A stretch of 64,000 bases of DNA from Anthoceros angustus (taxonomy: Eukaryota > Plantae > Anthocerotophyta). The position numbers were made by a program, and so were the translations under genes. The notes beneath the pieces were generated by a model that did not search any database, was not told the origin of the DNA, and saw only the letters and a program-made list of their open reading frames with translations. The DNA is taken from positions 62,001 to 126,000 of the forward strand of contig VJWM01000222.1 in assembly GCA_010909165.1 (NCBI GenBank), in the 5' to 3' direction. Positions 1 through 11,284 of this stretch are shown piece after piece (the first letter of the stretch is position 1; every line of letters starts with the position of its first letter).

Positions 1-440
1 CCATTGCCGAGGGTGTAGCTACGAGTGAGCACCATCAAGGTTAAACTCAGAAGTTAGTTTCTCCCCATTGAGGTGTAGCTACGAGTGAGCACCATCAAGG
101 TTAAACTTTTCATAATCTCCTTGATGTATTTTTTCCGATGGAGAGTAATTGTGCCCGGATCCTGCTTCGCAAAATCAATACCAAGGCAAAATTGAAGGTC
201 TCCTTGATTAGTCATCTCGAATTCGACGAGCATGTCCTTGACCCGAGCTAATGACCCGGCTTGCCATCACGGCCATTCTGTGGCTTGAGACGACGGTGGA
301 TCCGCCTAACATCCAAACATGTAAGTCTCGAAACATTAGCACTGTCGTCAATCGCCGATATGGGCTCAACCCATTCCTCACGTGATCGCCTTTCTCTTGT
401 TGGGTATCGAGGAGGAGGAGCAACTCCCACTTGAATGGGC
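1..440 (-). pseudogene. pol: Ty1/Copia pol fragment (IN-RT linker and RT)
   Basis: Minus-strand frames give EFEMTNQGDLQFCLGIDF and TITLHxKKYIKEIM, typical Copia RT motifs. Nearly the same sequence recurs at 11940-12320. Frameshifted, and 1-110 holds a short internal duplication. Confidence 0.8.
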
Positions 441-1010
441 TCAACCTCAACCGAAACATCAAGGTCGCAGATCAAACATGATCTTGAGTCGGATCTCAAG
501 ATTGTAATGACTATTCGCCTTTCTCTTGTTGGGTATCGAGGAGGAGGAGCAACTCCCACTTGAATGGGCTCAACCTCAGAAACATCAAGGTCAAGATCAA
601 ACATGATCTCAACCTCAACCGAAACATCAAGGTCAAGAAAGATCGTAAACATGATCTCAACCTCAGAAACATCAAGGTCGCAACGTAAACATGATCTCAA
701 CCTCAATCAAAACATCAAGGTCAAAGATCGTAAACATGATCTCAACCTCAACCGAAACATCAAGGTCAGCAGATCGTAAACATGATCTCAACCTCATCCG
801 AAACATCAAGGTCAAGATCAAACATGATCTCAACCTCAACCAAACATCAAGGTCAAGAAAGATCGTAAACATGATCTCAACCTCAACAAACATCAAGGTC
901 AGCAGATCAAACATGATCTCAACCTCAACCAAACATCAAGGTCGCAGATCGTAAACATGATCTCAACCTCAATCAAAACATCAAGGTCAAGCAGATCGTA
1001 AACATGATCT
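440..1010. repeat. Minisatellite, unit about 42-48 bp, about 11 copies (AACATGATCTCAACCTCAACCGAAACATCAAGGTC...)
   Basis: The core ACATGATCT recurs 11 times between 476 and 1010. The minus strand reads as repeated DLDVSVEVEIMFTI peptides (ORFs 248..706, 672..932). Confidence 0.92.
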
Positions 1011-1334
1011 TCTCGAGTCGGATCTCAAGATTGTAATGACTATTCACCATCTCCGAGTCATGTGCATCGCAGAAGATGAACAGCCTCACCCTCATCAACA
1101 CATGGTTCCCGAGATTGTGGGACCACATCATGCATCAAGCAAAATTGTCTTGAGAAGGAACCTCCGTCCTCGGATACTCATAAGGTACCGAGGTTGTTGA
1201 ATGTCACTGTCTGGGGAGAGCTCTGATGAAGATGATCTAGCACTGTGTGGATAATACAAATTTCATACATGAGTATCGACCTTGGCGCAGCCTGGGAAGC
1301 ATGCACTTATAGACAAGGTAATCTTCAAAGTGAC

Positions 1335-1610
1335 CGGGTCAAAGCTTGTAAGCCTTAGACTCTTCGTAATAGTCTAGAAAAATTAATGGTCGTGACTTGT
1401 CATCTAACTTGGCTTCGTGTACATAGGCAAACGTGACCAAGACTCGAGGTGTAAAATCCACAAGGAGACTAGAACCTTCAGCTACAATCCATGAAGAGTA
1501 GTCTAGAAAAATTAATGGCTGTGACTTGTCATCTAACTTCTTGCGTTTGGCTTCAGGTACATAGGCAAACGCTGGTGACCCGAAGACTCTGAGCTGTAAA
1601 ATCCACAAGG
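1335..1610 (-). pseudogene. pol: Ty1/Copia integrase C-terminal (SH3-like) remnant, internally duplicated (about 140-bp unit)
   Basis: ORF 1339..1608 reads FGSPAFAYVPEAKRKKLDDKSQPLIFLDY...EESKAYKL, matching the Copia pattern FGC.AY.HVP..KR.KLD.KS...IFLGY....KAY.L. Confidence 0.88.
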
Positions 1611-2042
1611 TGTAACGCGTCCAGCATCAAGTTCTATGCCCAGCCAGATCTTCCAGGACATAGTCTTGGTTTCTGCTAGAAGGAGCTCACGAAAGTGGTC
1701 GCCAGTTTTGGTCTCTTATAGTCAAGGCCAGAACAACCTCGCTTGGCCTAATAATTGAGCACGTTTCTTGTTCATGTAACCACTATTTACCCTATTTCTA
1801 CCTATCCGCTAATTAGGATTAATATTCCTATCTATCCGCTAATTAGGATTAATTCTACTTAATGCCTACGTTCCTAACGCTACATAATTAACCAAGTTTC
1901 TTATACACGTTTCTTGTTCATGTAACCACTATTTACCCTATTTCTACCTATCCGCTAATCGGCGGTGGCGGGCCGCTCCTCTTTGTAGCATGCGAGGCCA
2001 CAGCCGATTGTCTTTGCAGGCGTGTTCCGCCTCGCCGTAACA
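1611..2042 (-). repeat. 3' LTR of family 1 element
   Basis: Starts TGTAAC, ends GTAACA. Shares long blocks with 8045-8428 (e.g. CCACTATTTACCCTATTTCTACCTATCCGCTAATTAGGATTAAT). Confidence 0.88.
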
Positions 2043-2053
2043 TCCTCCCCACT
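2043..2053 (-). promoter_or_regulatory. Polypurine tract of family 1 element
   Basis: TCCTCCCCACT on plus (AGTGGGGAGGA on minus) abuts the LTR. The same junction occurs at 44484. Confidence 0.85.
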
Positions 2054-2059
2054 TAAGAG

Positions 2060-3330
2060 GCCTCGGGTCCTCCGGGCCCTCGTCTGTGGCGAGAAGCGGT
2101 CGGCAAAAATCTTGGCTCCCAAGTGGCGAAGAATCGGTTCGTGGCTCCACCCAACAAGGTAATCTCGGGCGATCTGTTTGAGCTTATGCTCGTTCTGAAG
2201 GATTACATGCGGTTGGGAAGGAGGAGGTGCAGGTCTTCTTGGTAGGCTGGTCGCGGTGATGGGTGGAAACCGATGGTGGTGTGGGCCGGGATGCAAGCTG
2301 TGGAAGAAGGGAATGGAGTGGCTGGAGGATCGAGGAGATGGCGGTAGGGAATATGAGCTTCAACATACTAACATGGAAGGTCCGCACATGCGCCACTGGA
2401 AGGTCGAGGGTATAAGCCACAAGATTCACTTGGCGAAGATGGGGAAGGGTCCCGCAAACGGTATGCGAGTTTGTGATGGGTGGATCGGTGTGGGTACACT
2501 GGGGACGGATACGTGGAACTCCTACGCATATGTGACCTCACGGCGTTGTTTGTTCTTGATCTTGGCTACATCTTGTCTTTGCCAAGTAGATTCTTCTTAG
2601 CCCGGCCGACTGGTGGTATATGTCTTGACCCCTCTGGCCTCCTCCACTTTTCTGTTGGTTGGCCATAATCCCGGAGGTGGTGGGTTGGCTCCATTGATAA
2701 CGAAGGGTGGCGGCCATGCATGCTTGGAGGTATTGTAAGCAAACTCCAACATAGGTAATGTGTCCTCCCATAATCCTTGCTTCTCACATGCATAGTGACG
2801 CAACATGTCTTCTAGCACTTGTATACGCTTCTCGTGACCATCGGATTCGGATGGCGGTGGTGGACAGCTCGATGAATGCCGAGGGTCTCTGTGAATGTCT
2901 TCCAACCTCGCTGTGAATTTCGGATCCTCGTCCAACGATGTCTTGCATGAGACATTGGAAGGTCCGCACATGCGCCACTGGCCGTGACCTTGAATGGACG
3001 GTATAAATGACAAAGTCCATAAAGCCCTCACAAAATCAAGAGCGATTGAGCCTTAAGCTACAACCCAACCCAAAAAAAAGAAGCTAGAAACAAAACAACC
3101 ATAAAGCGGATTGAATCGCCTTGGTATGTGTAAGGGTAACAACAACCCGGCGATTTCGATGTTCGGTTTTGCCTTTTGGCGACAAACACTGGATACGATC
3201 TGCCGCATGTTGGTCCAAGAGAAGTGTGTCTTCACGCTCATACGCCTTATCTATTCCGAGATGTCCGAGATGGGAGAATCGTGCAAATCGTGCATGATTC
3301 CCCGCTAAGTTCCATCATGTGTCCTCGATA
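2060..3330 (-). pseudogene. pol: Gypsy integrase plus C-terminal chromodomain (family 1)
   Basis: Fragments VKTHFSWTNM, DFV, LWEDTLPMLEFAYNTSKH and VAYTLDLP...TFHVSMLK, then DYLVGW...(W)EP chromodomain-like residues. Multiple frameshifts. Confidence 0.8.
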
Positions 3331-3479
3331 ACCATAGAGCTTCCTCCATAAGGATAGGCCTCAACCAAACATCTCCTTGATTGGTAGGTTTGCATAAGGG
3401 TCGAACTCCATTGCATCTGGACTGGCGTGGTATATGGTTTGCGGTGATCATCCGAATCGCATCACGACCGCTGGATGGT

Positions 3480-4850
3480 TTCGACCGTGATTTCATGGTC
3501 AGGCCCTCTGGAGCATCATCGGTGCGAGCTGCAGTGCCGATTTCCATGTCAAAGTCGCCAAGTACTCGCCCGGTCCTAGCGTTGAGATTTGGCCGCTTGA
3601 AGAAGTGTTGTAGCGAATGGTGGTCCGTGTGAACCACAAACCTCTGAGGAGGTAGTGGCGCCACACTTTCGTGGCATGGACGATCGCAAACATCTCCTTG
3701 ATGTATTTTTCCGATGGAGAGTAATTGTGCCCCCGGAGTTTGTGAGACTCGAGGCTATCACCTCCCTTGCCGAGACAAAGATCGCACCAATGGCACCATC
3801 CGATGCATCTGCATAGCGTAGGTTCCCATGCTCTGCAGCAGCCCGTTGCTCAAGGCTACCGCCTCAAAGGCACAGCGCCTCTGTCGGTTGGAACTCTGGG
3901 CGGTGGATCGCTTGAGGGCTTCGCCAAAGGAAGAGCAATTTGATCAAGCTCTTGATAAACTGCGATAGAAGCCCGCTAGCCCCAGGAAGCCCCTTAGTTG
4001 GGTGATGTCCTTGAGGCGCCACTCGGCCACCTGCACAGATCCATGCGATGCCCTTGGCACTAACGATGTGTCCAAGATACTCAACTTCTTCGCATGAAGG
4101 TACACTTGCTCCTCTTGGCCAGCTTGATGCTTCAAGAAGAGTGAATACCTTCCCGACGAGTTCGATGTGGGTGGCTTGGTCCGCAGAGTGGATCAAGATA
4201 TCATCTAGGAAGACCTCGACCCCTTGCCTAGCGTTGAGATTTGGTGAAGAATGTCTTGCATGAGACATTGGAAGGTCGTGGGGCATTGTAAGCCAGGCAT
4301 CACTACAAACTCGTAGTGACCATGCCGTGTTCTAAATGCGGTCTTGGGCTCATCCCCTCCTTGAGTCGAATTTGGTGAAACCGACCCGCGGTCGATTTTG
4401 GTGAACCAAGCACCCATGCGGTGGTCCAAAATCTCATCGATGCGGGCATCCGTAGACATTCGATGGTGGCCCGATTCAATCCTCGTAGTCGATGCAGAGT
4501 CTCCACCACCGTCGGTTTCGCCACCAACAACACGGCGCTCCATAAGGTGAGGTGCTTGGCCTCACAAACCCCTTGTCCAGAATTCATCTACCTTTTGATC
4601 TCCTCATTTTCCATCTTGTGCGGTATGGGGCTGTTGATTCTCGATGGTGGCCCGATTCAATCCTCTCGTAGTCGATGCAGAGTCTCCACCACCGTGTTTC
4701 GCCACCAACAACACGGGCGCTCCATAAGGTGAGGTGCTTGGCCTCACAAACCCCTTGTCCAGGAATTCATCTACCTGCTTTTTGATCTCCTCATTTTCCA
4801 ATACTGACGTGCGGTATGGCTGTTGATTTACAGGCCGATGCCCAGGCACT
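3480..4850 (-). pseudogene. pol: Gypsy RT and RNase H (family 1)
   Basis: QPYRTSVLENEEIKKQVDEFLDKGFVRPSTSPYGAPVLLV, KTAFRTRHGHYEFVVMP, VFLDDILIHS, VEYLGHIVSAKG, MFAIVHATKVWRHYL, FVVHTDHHSLQHF. Contains a tandem duplication of about 180 bp (4460-4810). Confidence 0.9.
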
Positions 4851-5879
4851 AGCTCGATGCTGTGATCAGTGGCCCGTCTTGGGGGTAGGGCGGTGGGATC
4901 TGCAAATAACCCATCAAATTCTGCCAGCAGAGCCTTAAACTCTTCATGTAAGAGTTCCTCCGAGTTATCATGCTGCCGTGATTCTGCGGTGCCCTCCGGA
5001 GGAACTACACTTGACAGCGATGTCTGACTTCCTTGGTGGTAGGGCGGTGGATCCGCAAATAACCCATCACCGCCAGAGCCTTAAACTCTTCTGTAAGAGT
5101 TCCTCCGATTCGTTGCTGCCCGCGATTGCATGTGCCTCCGGAGGAACTACCGCTCACCATGGCGGCACGTAAAGCTTCCTTGGCCTTGGCTTGCTCGATT
5201 GTTTCGACACAAGAAAGGTGCTTGTCCAAGGTAAGTTTCCTTCCAAAGACATACGATCCGTCCACGACCCCTAGGGTTACTAAGTTCTTTTCCGCCTATG
5301 AAGTTGGTGAGAATGGGCGGCCCACGGTTTCCCAATGACGTCATGTGCCAAGCTTGGCATGACTATGCATTCAAAGACTTCTACGAAACCTCGGGGAAGG
5401 TAAAGCCATCCGCTCGTCCTCACATCCTTGCTTCCAGTGGTACTGTTGAATCGACCAGTGTTGGATGTGCAGCCCGCTCTGCGGACCGAGATGTAGTGGT
5501 GGCTAGCACGAGTCTAGGAGAGGCTGGCAACATGTCCCGCTATGTGAACCTTTAGCTTGATCGGGACATGGGTCTTGCTACATGCATTCAAACGCAAAGA
5601 CCCATTGCAAGACCTAGGGTTTTGAGCGGTGTTCGTTTGGTACCTCTTCTAAAACCACCGAGTGGTTGCTTTTGTTGGCGGGGTTTGAGAAGAAGGGTTG
5701 GGTGGAATTCCTGTCTCCTTGACCATGCGATGAAGTCCCTCCGTGAGGGCACGTGAACCATGGTCGATGTGCAGTGCATTCTTCCTTTTTCTCTGTGTTC
5801 TTCTCTTCTTGATTAAGTTTAAAATGGTTTCTCGGTCCCGTTAATGACTTCCCCATTTCGATTTCTTTTGGAAGGGTTG

Positions 5880-6450
5880 GAGGTGCCCAAGTGTTTATAC
5901 TTATTGGCCATAGTTCATGGCGGCTTTCATGGCATCAACCGTGGTGTTGGGGTTGGTCCGTTGACATCGTATGATTCGAACGAAGGCCATCAATGAACTT
6001 CTCCACTTTTTGTTCTTCATCGAGGCGGGAAGATCCAGAGTGAGTCAGAAGAACTTGTCGCAGATTCTCGCATGCATCCGATAGATTTGCGGCTACGTCT
6101 GGTCTCATTGTGATTTGCAGGGAGGAAATGCTCTAAGAACACTTGCCTGAACACTGCTCAAGTGTATATGGCAGTCTCCATACCCAGATCGACTTGCCGT
6201 TCCCGTTGCCTCCACCAACGATACGCATAACCCTCGAGCGACATGTCGCAAAACTGTATGCGTTGGAGATCATCCTTCTCACTGGCCAGCAGGTATTTCT
6301 CCATCTTGTCCAGCCCAGCGTAGGCAGCTTGACAATCCGTCAAAAGTCGTGGTTTTATCTTCCGCAACTCCTTGTCAAGTAGTGGGCGGGTTTGAAGGCT
6401 CGTCTCCCTCCAACAAATCGACTCTTCCTTGGCCTTGGCTTGCTCCCAAT
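5880..6450 (-). pseudogene. gag: Gag (retrotransposon capsid-like) of family 1
   Basis: ORF 6158..6595 has LDKMEKYL...SLEGYAYRWW, and the downstream frame has EEQKVEKFIDGL. These are typical Gypsy Gag motifs. Confidence 0.72.
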
Positions 6451-6644
6451 TCTCGTACCTCATGAGGGGGTGTCGGCCAAGGCCTTGATGTCCTTGTTTT
6501 CTTTCGCCAACAACTCGACCACCAACCTCTTGAGGACTCGTCCTCACGAGCTCGTCCGGATTCTGGAGCAGGTGACCCTCGACCCTCTTCCTCATCTCTT
6601 CGCCATCCAGCCACAGGTGTCTTGAGGGCCGGTCTTTTTACAGG

Positions 6645-7760
6645 TACCCTGGTGAGGATTGCGGGGTGGGTTGGTGGGCCTTGACTGTGTCCCCTTGTGT
6701 TGCGGTTGGGCCGGGCGGTGAGTCTGCTCAACAATTGCGCGAGACGGTTGTCCCTCCAACTTGCTCGATTGTTTCGACACAACGTGCCGAGCTCCGCAGT
6801 TATTCTCCACACCACCACGGTGGTCGACTTGGGCAACCTTGCACGGTGAAATCAAAATTTGGCGGAATCCTCGGTTCATGTCCCTGCGGTTCACGAATTT
6901 GGGGCATGGCCATTCACTCCGTCTGGCCGTCGTTGCAGTGTCGAGAGCGGGCTGCGACCTCGCTTCCTTGGTGCGGATCCTGGCGTGTTGGATCTTGGCC
7001 AACCCGTTGCGTCGGTCGGTTCTTCTCGTTCGGTTGGAGCGGTCAGACTTCAGATCGTCTTTCGCGATCGTCGGTGTCGCCTCGCCCTTCAGTGGGATCG
7101 GTGGGGCGACCAATCACTGGATTTGGTCGGCCTCCCTCGATTGGACCAGGGTCTCTACCTCTTCGACCTCGTACTCTTTCGCCAATGCTTTCCAAGTGCG
7201 GGTCTTCTGCTGGTGGTGAGGATTGCGGTGGGTTCACCGCCTCTCGACCTGTGTCCCCTTGTGTTGCGGTGTCGAACCCACGGGTCCGCCCAACAAGACG
7301 CTGCATGCTTGTCCCTCCAACTTGCTCGATTGTTTCGACACAACGTGCCGAGCTCCGCAGTTATTCTCCACACCACACACGACTTGGGCAAGAACCTTGC
7401 TCAAGTGTCGCAAAGAAAAATTTCGAGGCGGAGATCCTCGTTCATGTCCTCGCGGTTCGACTGTCGGGCATGGCCATTCACCCACCGCTCTGGTGCCAGG
7501 TGTGTCGGGAACGCCGGCACGAGGCGGCCTCGCCTTGGTGCCGGATCGGGCGATGGATCTTGGCCAACTGCTGTCAGTCCTCTTTTCGCTCGATTCGAAC
7601 GCCCAGATCGCCGTTTTTCCGCTCCGCTTGTCGCCTCACGCCTTCCAGGATCGGCGGGCGACCAATCACCGGATTTCGCGCCTCCCTCGATTGGACCCGC
7701 AGGAGGTCTCCTACCGACTACTCTTTCGCCAATGCTTTCCAACAACCGGCCTTCATCAGG
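6645..7760. repeat. About 560-bp tandem duplication in the family 1 leader/gag N-terminal region
   Basis: 6645-7200 and 7210-7760 share blocks such as TGTCCCTCCAACTTGCTCGATTGTTTCGACACAACGTGCCGAGCTCCGCAGTTATTCTCCACACC. Confidence 0.85.
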
Positions 7761-8031
7761 TGAGCTCCGCTCCATTTCCCTTTGTGCGCGCGGTCTCCCA
7801 TGTCGTAACTACGGTGGTCTCCTTGCGGGATGTGGGTTGGGATGGTCTCCAGAGTGCACGAAGATTCGGAGATGTGAGAACTCAAGGTATGCCCAGTGCG
7901 AACTACCTCATGAGCCTCAATTCACTCATACATCCGAATCGGATCACAGCCGGGGAGCTGGAATTACGTCTCTTGCGGTTCCGGTGATTGACTCACGTTG
8001 TGGACCTCACGCTTCTGCGGTCGATTCTCTT

Positions 8032-8042
8032 GCTCGATACCA
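8032..8042 (-). promoter_or_regulatory. Primer-binding site, initiator tRNA-Met type
   Basis: Minus strand TGGTATCGAGC (canonical TGGTATCAGAGC with one base missing), 2 nt from the 5' LTR end. Confidence 0.85.
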
Positions 8043-8044
8043 AA

Positions 8045-8428
8045 TGTAGCGTCCGATCAAGTTCTATGTGACGGATCTTCCGGGACATAGTCTTGGTTTC
8101 GCTAGAAGGAGCTCACGAAGTGGGCTGCTTGTGCCTTTGGTCTTCGACTTACACCTGTGACAGAGCAGTTTCCGTTTGGCCTAGAAAATTGAGCACGTTT
8201 CTTGTTCATGTAACCACTATTTACCCTATTTCTACCTATCCGCTAATTAGGATTAATATTCCTATCTATCCGCTAATTAGGATTAATTCTACTTAATGCC
8301 TACGTTCCTAACGTTACATAATTAACCAAGTTTCTTATACCGTTTCTATGGCGGATCTCCCTAATCGGGCACGTCAATCTCCTCTTTGTAGCATGCTTGG
8401 TACAATTGTCGCGTGTCGCTCAAATACA
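8045..8428 (-). repeat. 5' LTR of family 1 element
   Basis: TGTAGC...ATACA, homologous to 1611-2042, next to the PBS. Confidence 0.85.
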
Positions 8429-8432
8429 CAGG

Positions 8433-8582
8433 AGACTAGAACCTTGCTACAATCCATGAAGAGTAGTCTAGAAAAATTAATGGTGACTTGTCATCTAACT
8501 TCTTGCGTTTGGCTTGTACATAGGCAAACGGTGACCAAGACTCGAGGTAAAATCCACAAGGAGACTAGAACGTTCAGCTACA
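8433..8582 (-). pseudogene. Continuation of the Copia integrase C-terminal remnant
   Basis: Repeats the 140-bp unit of 1465-1610 (AGACTAGAACC...GTCTAGAAAAATTAATGG...GTAAAATCCACAAGG). Confidence 0.8.
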
Positions 8583-8589
8583 ATCCAAC

Positions 8590-9580
8590 CCAAAAGGAAA
8601 ACAAAGAAACAAAAATGACCTCCCAAAAAAGAAGCTAGAAACAAAGCAATCAAAAAACCCTCACAAAATTCTGACGAGAGATTGGAGTCTTAAGCTACAA
8701 CCCAACCCAAAAATAAAAAATAACAAAGAAACCCAACCCAAAAATAAAAAATAACAAAGATAACCTCCATTTTTAGCAATCAAGAAACCCTCACAAAACT
8801 CAAAAGAGCGATTGGAGCCTTAAGCTACAACACAATCAAGAAACCCTCACAAAACTCTGAAGAGCGATTGGCCTTAAGCTACAACCCAAAAATAACAAAT
8901 AACAAAGATGACCTCCAAAAAAGAATAACCTCCACAAATAACACCTCCAAAAAAGAATAACCTCCATTTCTACCAATCAAAAAACCCTCACAAAACTCTG
9001 AAGAGCGATTGGAGCCTTAAGCTACAACCCAACACAAAAATAAAAAATAACATCCATTTCTAGCAATTAAAAAACCCTCACAAAACTATGAAGAGCGATT
9101 GGAGCCTTAAGCTACAACCCAACCCAAAAATAAAAAATAACAAAGATAACCTCCATTTCTAGCAATCAAAAAACCCTCACAAAACTCTGAAGAGCGATTG
9201 GAGCCTTAAGCTACAACCCAACCCAAAAATAAAAAATAACAAAGATGACCCCAAAAAAAAGAATAACCTCCATTTCTAGCAATCAAAAAACCCTCACAAA
9301 ATTCTGAAGAGCGATTGGAGCCTTAAGCTACAACCCAACCCAAAAATAAAGAATATCTTTGCCAACCCAAAAATAAAAAATAACAAAGATGACCCCAAAA
9401 AGAATAACCTCCATTTCTAGCAATCAAAAACCCTCACAAAATTGGAGCCTTAGCTACAACCCAACCTAAAAATAAAACCATTTCTAGCAATCAAAAACCC
9501 TCACAAAATTAATAGCGATTGAGCCTTAAGCTACAACCCAAAAAAAAAATAACAAAGATAATCTACAAAAAAGAAGCTAG
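8590..9580. repeat. A-rich satellite-like array, unit about 100 bp, about 9-10 degenerate copies
   Basis: AACCCTCACAAAACTCTGAAGAGCGATTGGAGCCTTAAGCTACAACCCAACCCAAAAATAAAAAATAACAAAGA recurs in tandem. Confidence 0.9.
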
Positions 9581-9769
9581 AAACAAAACAACCATAAAGC
9601 CCTCACAAAATTGGAATCTAGCAGTAAATGTTCCCAAATCCATAGGAAAGCTCTCCAAAACAGCAATTTGCGACAAAAGCTCATGGCGGCACAGACCCAA
9701 AAATAAAGAATAACAAAGATAACCTCCAAAAAAGAAGCTAGACATAAAACAACCATAAAGCCCTCACAA

Positions 9770-10015
9770 AATTGGAATCTAGCAGTAAATTGTCCCCAAA
9801 TCCATAGTCCGACTCACAATCAATTGCGCTTAAAGCTCATGGACAGCCATCATAGTCCGCGGAATCTAGCGGTAAATTGTCCCCAAATCCATAGTCGACA
9901 ACTTTCGACTTAAAGCTCATGGCGACGAATTCATAGTCCGCGGAATCTAGCGTAAATTGTCCCCAAATCCATAGTGCTCCGATTAAAAGCTCATGGCGAC
10001 GGAATTCATAGTCCG
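9770..10015. repeat. Tandem repeat, unit about 75-85 bp, 3 copies
   Basis: GGAATCTAGC.GTAAATTGTCCCCAAATCCATAGT...AAAGCTCATGG...CATAGTCCGC x3. Confidence 0.8.
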
Positions 10016-10239
10016 CTTAAGGAGGGTGTCAAAGTACCGTGGTCACAAAAGTCACAGATCCCTCGGGATATCTTCAAATACAAATCTTGGTCCAAGTTGG
10101 CTTTTTCAAGTCCTTCGAGGTCGAGCAAGTTAGTCCTTCCGAGGGGGTCCGAAGGATCTGTAACTTTTTGCGACCATGGTACTTTGGTGGCGCCCTGTCT
10201 CAAGCTTCGGCCTATGAATTCGTCATCCGCATGAGCTTT
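9986..10239. repeat. Imperfect inverted repeat (arms about 80-90 bp at 9986-10066 and 10149-10239, loop about 82 bp)
   Basis: Left arm AAAGCTCATGGCGACGGAATTCATAGTCCG...AAAGTACCGTGGTCACAAAAGTCACAGATCCCTCGG. Reverse complement of the right arm: AAAGCTCATGCGGATGACGAATTCATAGGCCG...AAAGTACCATGGTCGCAAAAAGTTACAGATCCTTCGG. Confidence 0.8.
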
Positions 10240-10306
10240 ATTAAAAGCTTCAATGCGTTAGGCTGGAGAGCCTTCCTTATGCCCTGCGAGGAGTGCCTTG
10301 TACTCT

Positions 10307-10474
10307 ACCTTAGTAGATGAGACCTGTCGGAGGCTTTGGCTCTGCAAGAATGCGATTTCCTAGAGTACCTTAGTAGATGAGACACCTTGAGGCTTTGGCT
10401 CTGCAAGAATGCGATTTCCTAGAGTACCTTAGTAGATGAGACACAGGCTTTGGCTCGCAAGAATGCGATTTCCC
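10307..10474. repeat. Tandem repeat, unit about 58 bp, 3 copies
   Basis: ACCTTAGTAGATGAGAC...GGCTTTGGCTCTGCAAGAATGCGATTTCC x3. Confidence 0.9.
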
Positions 10475-10924
10475 GATAGGTTGTTTCAACAATAAACCAA
10501 ATCCAGCCTCTTCTTGTTGGATGCCCCGAGCACCATAGCTCCTACGACGTCGTCCTAGGGATTCACTGGATTTCATAGTGTAGCTTCATCCTTTGAGAGT
10601 CGACACATCTTTCCGAGCAAGCTTTCCCCATAAAACCATGGAGATCCCTACATATATATAGTGCCCAAGTCGGATCGGGGTCCCCACGCCAACCTCCCCA
10701 CCACCCTCAGTCGCACTACCTCACTTCTTGCACATGGCGATAACCATAGAGCTTCCTCCATAAGGATAGGCCTCAACTAAAGTTGGGGCCCCCTAGAACG
10801 CCAACCTCGCACCCCGGTGCCCCACCAGCGTAAACTTTTACTCCACTTTCATTTCGGTCGCCAACCTCGCACTCATGGGGTATCTATTTTCTTTTTGGGA
10901 GGTTATTTTGTTATTATTTTTCCT

Positions 10925-11220
10925 TTTGGGTTCGATTGTAGTCAAGTCTTAGACTCAAGATTCAAGTGTTTGCTTGGTTTAAAACAAAATTGATTGGAGT
11001 CTTAGACTCAAGCGGCATTCAAGTGTCGCTTAGTTTAAAACCTAATTGATTGGAGTCTTAGACTCAAGCGGCATTCAAGTGTGCTTAGTTTAAAGCAATT
11101 GAAAATTGATTGAGTCTTAGACTCAAGCGATTCAAGTGTCCGCTTAGTTTAAAACCTAATTGATTGGAGTCTTAGACTCAAGCGGCATTCAAGTGTCTCG
11201 CTTAGTTTAAAGCAATTGAT
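10925..11220. repeat. Tandem repeat, unit about 55-60 bp, about 5 copies
   Basis: GAGTCTTAGACTCAAGCGGCATTCAAGTGT.GCTTAGTTTAAA...AATTGATTG repeated. Confidence 0.9.
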
Positions 11221-11284
11221 TGCTCACGCTAGCAAATGAAAGCTTTCTTTTTGGTTTATGGAAACCCTTCTAAAGTTATCTGGG

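Larger units (their letters stand above)
1611..8428 (-). mobile_element. Full-length chromodomain-type Ty3/Gypsy LTR retrotransposon (family 1), degenerate, nested in the Copia integrase remnant
   Basis: Homologous LTRs at 1611-2042 and 8045-8428 with TG...CA ends. PBS and PPT lie in the correct minus-strand positions. Gag-PR-RT-RH-IN-chromodomain order. Flanks CAAGG (1606-1610) and CA-GG (8429-8432) resemble a 5-bp TSD, and the Copia 140-bp unit resumes right after 8432. Confidence 0.9.

Noticed and set aside
6666-8049. Long plus-strand ORFs (365 and 396 aa) as real genes
   Set aside because: They are antisense to family 1 gag, run through a GC-rich tandem duplication and show no domain signature. 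They are open by composition.
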